Below, piece by piece: positions 59,496-64,000 of a stretch of DNA of 64,000 nt. Each line of letters starts with the position of its first letter. Position 1 is the first letter of the stretch. The notes below the pieces were generated by a model, which saw only the letters and a list, made by a program, of their open reading frames with translations, searched no databases and was not told the DNA's origin. The DNA lies in assembly GCA_029856145.1 (NCBI GenBank), contig JAHQWK010000001.1, positions 256,001-320,000 on the forward strand. The letters are read 5' to 3'. Source of the DNA: Promethearchaeia archaeon. Its GTDB lineage: Archaea; Asgardarchaeota; Lokiarchaeia; Sigyniarchaeales; SOKP01. The translations under genes were made by a program, and so were the position numbers.

Positions 59496-61265
59496 TTATT
59501 TGGTTTTTTTCTTTGAGAGAGAGCGTTTATAATAGATTGAAGTTATGCATATAAAGCTTAGAATAATAAAAGAAATTCCAAAGACATCATATCCGGCTAT
59601 TGAGTCCGAACCCTCATATGGTGGTAAGGTTACTTGATAGGGAAGAAATCCATTTTTGCTAGCAGTAAAAATCTTATTATCTATTTCTATTTGAGAGAAA
59701 GGTACTTCAATCGTTCCATTTTCGTTTGTTTCACCTTTCCAGAGAAGGGTATTATTATCAGTATATGTAATAATAGCTCCTTGAACTGGATTTTCATTAG
59801 CAGTTACATTAAGAGTCATTGTATTTGTATTGTTGTTAAATGGTTGATCAATGCTTACATTAAGTTGTTTAGGAATTGAGAGCCAAATTGGAACTTCAGG
59901 GTCACCAAGTAAATTATATTGCTTAAGAGTTTTATTTCCCCATTCTGGATATTCCCTGGGTTCAGGAGAACTAAGTCTGTCTGATGCGTAATCTGCTTTT
60001 GCCAATGCCAATGCTTTACCTGGTTGATTAGATTGGAAAAGTTGTTCCCAGAATCGAAATCCCAATCCTTCAATGAACCAACCTCCATGATCACGTTCAT
60101 ACCATTGATCTTCACCCCAAACCACATAACTTCCTGCTACACAACCAATTGCAGCATTTTTTAAGAAATTTTCAGCAACACAATCCTCTGTGTAATCAAA
60201 CGTACCTACGGAACAACTACCAAAAAAATATATTCCTAATTGATCCATTTTTATATCAAGTAAATTTGTTTCAAATAGAATATTCCAGATCATTTCATCA
60301 ATTGCAGTTCCTCCTCCTTCGAAAGGATTCGCAGTATAATCAAATCGCATATCTCCATCATAATCTGTAACCCATTCAGAAATACTCATTCTATATTCCC
60401 TACCATGAGCTAATATAGTGCCAATACTAACTCCTTGAGTAATAGCATCTCTAAGATTATTATATCCTATTTTTGCATCACTATAATAATCAGAGCCTTT
60501 AACACCTTGAGTCTGAGCAAGAAAGTAACTAGTCCAATTATCTGGTAATAAAGTATTGTTTATATAATTATTGACTCGATTTCCATCACATTCTCCGTAA
60601 TCTATTTCATCGCCACCACCATCATTGAAATCCATATCATATTGAAGTATATCAGCAGCAAATAATGCATGTGTCATCCACTCCCCAATCGGAGGATTTT
60701 TTTCATAATCCAATATTTTTTGGACTAACTTATGCATTTCAGCTCCGTTAAATGCTGTTAACCGTCCTACATAGACCTCTGCTTCATAATCGAAATTATT
60801 TTCAAGCCAATCATTATCCATATCTCCGTAAAAAGAATCACAACAAACCACATCACCATCACCGGGATAACCATCATCACATGTTATATATTTGGTAGGG
60901 ACGTGATTTTGATCTCCTGCTAAAAGAACCCATTTTGTATTGTTATTATTATAATAACTCATAATACAATTCTTAATTCTTCTGGGAAGACCAGTTCCTG
61001 GATAATTGTCGACTATATCACTTATAGTTTCTATTTTCGATACTACTCCTTTCTGTGTTTTCCATTCAGCTAAGGGTTCAAGAAGTGGCTTAAAATACTC
61101 AGTAGTAATAATTAAATAATCTATATCCCCATTAATAGCGGAGTTGTTAAGAGAATAAGATTTTATATCATGTAGTTGGTTTGTGGTATTAGTTATATTA
61201 AAATTTACAGTGCAACTCATAAAAAAAATAGTTAAAATTAATAGTGTGGGTTTTTTAACTGTCAT
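59496..61265 (-). CDS. Secreted C25 (gingipain-like) cysteine peptidase with Loki-CTERM-like anchor
   Basis: Signal peptide, YLIIT, VLLAGD..VP, VYVGRL, AHG, GSCSVG, NLLGDP; C-terminal IAGY + TM + basic tail. Confidence 0.88.
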   Translation of the reverse strand: MTVKKPTLLILTIFFMSCTVNFNITNTTNQLHDIKSYSLNNSAINGDIDYLIITTEYFKPLLEPLAEWKTQKGVVSKIETISDIVDNYPGTGLPRRIKNCIMSYYNNNNTKWVLLAGDQNHVPTKYITCDDGYPGDGDVVCCDSFYGDMDNDWLENNFDYEAEVYVGRLTAFNGAEMHKLVQKILDYEKNPPIGEWMTHALFAADILQYDMDFNDGGGDEIDYGECDGNRVNNYINNTLLPDNWTSYFLAQTQGVKGSDYYSDAKIGYNNLRDAITQGVSIGTILAHGREYRMSISEWVTDYDGDMRFDYTANPFEGGGTAIDEMIWNILFETNLLDIKMDQLGIYFFGSCSVGTFDYTEDCVAENFLKNAAIGCVAGSYVVWGEDQWYERDHGGWFIEGLGFRFWEQLFQSNQPGKALALAKADYASDRLSSPEPREYPEWGNKTLKQYNLLGDPEVPIWLSIPKQLNVSIDQPFNNNTNTMTLNVTANENPVQGAIITYTDNNTLLWKGETNENGTIEVPFSQIEIDNKIFTASKNGFLPYQVTLPPYEGSDSIAGYDVFGISFIILSFICITSIYYKRSLSKKKTK

Positions 61266-61350
61266 TTAATTTAAATTTACAATCAAATATTTATATATTT
61301 CCCAACTTTTTAATGAAATTCAATAAATTCGGATATTATTAAATATTTGA

Positions 61351-61527
61351 ATTAAACAATATGCAACTGAATGCGTGGCAAAATTAAGTAAACTCCTCTT
61401 AAAAGAGGGAAATAAATACTGTTTCCTATTTACAGATTTAAGCAATCCTACATCAAATAGTATTTATCAAAAAATAGGGTACCATCCTGTCATTGATGAA
61501 AATCATTATAGATTTATTTCAAAATAA
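61351..61527 (+). pseudogene. 3'-end relic of a GNAT acetyltransferase
   Basis: YATECVAKLSKLLLKEGNKYCFLFTDLSNPTSNSIYQKIGYHPV..SK*; in-frame TGA at 61348. Confidence 0.78.
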
Positions 61528-61601
61528 TAGGTTTTTCAAAAAATAAAAAAAAGAAGCGAGAAAGTCTCCTGATTTTCTCCTGATAATTTTTAGTAATTTC
61601 T

Positions 61602-61886
61602 TTATTTCTTTTTTGGCTGAAGGATTTCAATCTCAATAGATGAGACATTGCTATCAGTTCCATCTCTATTTGTAATCGTTTCAGTGCCAATCAGAATTTC
61701 GCCATAGCTACTTCCTGATACAAATTTATTCATTAAAATTTCAGCTACGTCTACAGCCCGAGAAATAGACTGACCTCGAGCTAATAATCTCACCGGCTTT
61801 TCGCTTAAAACAACCATAGCAGCCATCACATAGGCCATTGATCTCTTTTTGCCAATAAAAACTTTTGAATCATCATCTTTAGGCAA
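61602..61886 (-). CDS. albA: Alba chromatin protein
   Basis: VFIGKK..YV, ARGQSISRAVDVAE, VSSIEIEI; TTG start with GGTGA SD 6 nt upstream. Confidence 0.95.
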   Translation of the reverse strand: MPKDDDSKVFIGKKRSMAYVMAAMVVLSEKPVRLLARGQSISRAVDVAEILMNKFVSGSSYGEILIGTETITNRDGTDSNVSSIEIEILQPKKK

Positions 61887-62140
61887 ATTCTATCACCTTA
61901 TTGCTAGTTAGATTAAATTTTTCTTTTTTATAGTTAGATTCTTTTGTTTTCCTTAATTACAGTTTATCTTAGGTCAATTATCTATAGATAATTAAGTTGA
62001 ATAAACTAAGTTTAGATTTTAATGTTATGCAATTTGATTTTATTTTTCTTAATTCATTGTTATAAGTAATGATTAAAAACTAAAATAAAAGAATAATTTA
62101 AATTGATTGAATAAAAATGATTGACTAAAAAAATGATATA

Positions 62141-62917
62141 TTAGCAGAATTTTTTTCTAAAGTTCTTAATATATTGTTCTTTATCCTCATACTCATACCA
62201 AGCTGAGCCAATTTTCTCTAGCTCATATGCAGCATTATAAGCTTTATCACCCAAGTGATTGCTACATAGCTTAATTGCATTCAATACTGTTTGATTTTTA
62301 GTAAACAGAAATTTTGCCTTATCCAACGCAACTTTCATTAATTCTTCTTGGTTTTCTACTATTTGGTCTATTAAGCCGATTTCTAATGCTTTTTCAGCAC
62401 TAATTTTTTCAGCAAACATAAGTATCTTTTTTGTCCAAGGGATTCCAATGACTCTTGTCATCAACACTATGATACCCGTACCCGGAAAAACTCCTAAATT
62501 TATCTCAGGCATCATAAAAAAACAATCTCTAACGGCTATTCGATAATCAGAACATAACGTATACGCTACACCATCACCCATTGCTTTACCGTTAATTGCA
62601 CAGATGACTGGTTTTCCATAATAGAACAATTCTTGGATAGACGCTGCTGTTTTTTCATAGTCTTTTACAGCGGTCTTATCACTCCCATCAATTTCATTAA
62701 TATCCATCCCTGTAGTAAAAGATACTCCATTTCCAGTTAATATTATCCCTCTTATTTTTTCTGAACTTTGGCAAAATTCGATAGCCTTTTTTAGATTCTT
62801 TGCCATTTCAGTCGTAATTGCGTTTCCTCTATGGACTCGATTCAAATTTATGATTCCAAACTTCTTTTTTATCGAAAATTCAATAAATTCTCCAAATTCT
62901 TTATTTTCTGATGACAT
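62141..62917 (-). CDS. Enoyl-CoA hydratase/isomerase family, copy 2
   Basis: FTTGMD, KPVICAINGKAMG, DYRIA, MPE. Confidence 0.88.
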   Translation of the reverse strand: MSSENKEFGEFIEFSIKKKFGIINLNRVHRGNAITTEMAKNLKKAIEFCQSSEKIRGIILTGNGVSFTTGMDINEIDGSDKTAVKDYEKTAASIQELFYYGKPVICAINGKAMGDGVAYTLCSDYRIAVRDCFFMMPEINLGVFPGTGIIVLMTRVIGIPWTKKILMFAEKISAEKALEIGLIDQIVENQEELMKVALDKAKFLFTKNQTVLNAIKLCSNHLGDKAYNAAYELEKIGSAWYEYEDKEQYIKNFRKKFC

Positions 62918-62940
62918 TTTTTATTCCCATATAATTTTTC

Positions 62941-63717
62941 TTATTTCAATTTTTTTCTAAAATTTTCTATAAATTCAATTTTATCTGAATATTCATACCA
63001 AGATGAAGCTTCCTTTTCTATATGATATGCCACGTGGTATTTTTTATCTGCTAAGTGATTACTACATAACTTTATTGCATTTAGAACTGTTTGATTTTTA
63101 GTAAATAAAAACTTAGCTTTATTTAATGCAGCTTTCATTAAATCTTCTTTATTATTTACAATTTGATCTATTAATCCAATTTTTAGAGCTTTTTGTACTT
63201 TTATTTTTTCAGAAAACATACACATTTTCTTTGTGTATGGAATTCCAAGGATTTTCGAAAAGATAACTAAACAACCAGTACCAGTAAAAATTCCTGAAAA
63301 GATTTCCGGCATTTGAAAGAAGCTTTCTTTGGTAGCAATTCGATAATCACAACACGCTGAATAGACAACACCCTCACCCATAGCTCTTCCATTAATAGCG
63401 CAAATTGCTGGTTTTCCATTATATATTAATTTACAAATATCTGCTGCAGTTCCTTCCAAATATTTCACAGCTTCATGATCACTCCCATCAATAGCTCCTA
63501 AATCTACTCCGGTACTAAAAGAAGTTCCATTGTTAGTTAAAATTAAACCTCTAATTTTCTCGTCCTTCTGGCAATATTTTACAGCTTGTTTTAAATTTTC
63601 GAATTGTTTAATATCAAAAGCATTTGACCTATGAAGTCTATTAAGTGTAATAATTCCAAATCGCTTTTTTATTGTAAAATCAATATATTCTCCAAATTGC
63701 AAATTATTTGAAGACAT
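62941..63717 (-). CDS. Enoyl-CoA hydratase/isomerase family, copy 1
   Basis: FSTGVD, KPAICAINGRAMG, DYRIA, MPE; shares KAKFLFTKNQTVLNAIKLCSNHL with copy 2. Confidence 0.88.
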   Translation of the reverse strand: MSSNNLQFGEYIDFTIKKRFGIITLNRLHRSNAFDIKQFENLKQAVKYCQKDEKIRGLILTNNGTSFSTGVDLGAIDGSDHEAVKYLEGTAADICKLIYNGKPAICAINGRAMGEGVVYSACCDYRIATKESFFQMPEIFSGIFTGTGCLVIFSKILGIPYTKKMCMFSEKIKVQKALKIGLIDQIVNNKEDLMKAALNKAKFLFTKNQTVLNAIKLCSNHLADKKYHVAYHIEKEASSWYEYSDKIEFIENFRKKLK

Positions 63718-63829
63718 AATTTACATTAATTTTCAATTAATAAAAAACAATAATAAATTGATTTATTATAAGTGAATTATAGAGAATTAAAAGTTGATAA
63801 AAAGCAAGAACTATTTTAATTAAAGATAA

Positions 63830-64000
63830 ATGCCCGTTCACATCACTGATTTTTTAGAGGAAAAATCTGGTGTTATAAAGAATAAAGACTTAAAGAAATC
63901 GCTAAACTTAAAGCAAGTTTTTACCTCAATTAATCAGCATTTATACGGAAAATTAAAATATACAGACACTGATACTAGGGCGCGTTCTAAGCAAATTATT
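63830..64000 (+). CDS. Partial CDS, possibly the N-terminus of an N6-adenine DNA methyltransferase (HsdM-like)
   Basis: MPVHITDFLEEKSG..LKQVFTSINQHLYGKLKYTDTDTRARSKQII, open to the window end; resemblance recalled from memory and no catalytic motif visible. Confidence 0.45.
   Translation, partial: MPVHITDFLEEKSGVIKNKDLKKSLNLKQVFTSINQHLYGKLKYTDTDTRARSKQII

Noticed and set aside
2456-60370. Numerous short antisense or overlapping ORFs in the track (e.g. 2456-2902, 20256-20672, 32325-32648, 57080-57340)
   Set aside because: They lie within well-supported genes and have no motifs; shadow ORFs.
1-64000. CRISPR array, IS element, integrase or provirus
   Set aside because: No regularly spaced repeats, transposase, integrase or viral motifs were seen.

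Overview
AT-rich chromosomal window from an Asgard archaeon, most likely Lokiarchaeia. Supporting markers are PolB1, Alba, a Tes tetraether synthase, CdhB/CdhC, a Loki-CTERM-like sorting tail, longin domains and a Rab-like GTPase. Housekeeping and metabolic content: FadD plus a Liv-type ABC operon with a HEAT-repeat gene, a GH4, an MFS transporter, a phosphate cluster (AbrB-PhoU, two DUF47, PiT, alkaline-phosphatase superfamily), M42 and C25 peptidases, PncB, an orphan Mre11-like nuclease, part of the Wood-Ljungdahl cluster and tandem crotonases. No CRISPR array, transposase or integrase was seen. Highlights: (1) a ~48.7-56.8 kb candidate signalling island holding a Rab-like GTPase, two tightly coupled 7TM-longin fusions and a free longin, converging on a duplicated 7TM + GNAT cassette with a shared palindromic operator; (2) a ~2,990-aa almost entirely transmembrane protein with ~133-aa internal repeats; (3) a tRNA-Thr(UGU) with a 30-nt non-canonical D-loop intron; (4) three genes that appear to start at ATA, ATT or CTG; (5) three 3'-end gene relics and two unannotated small ORFs. 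All calls come from reading motifs by eye; no database searches were run.
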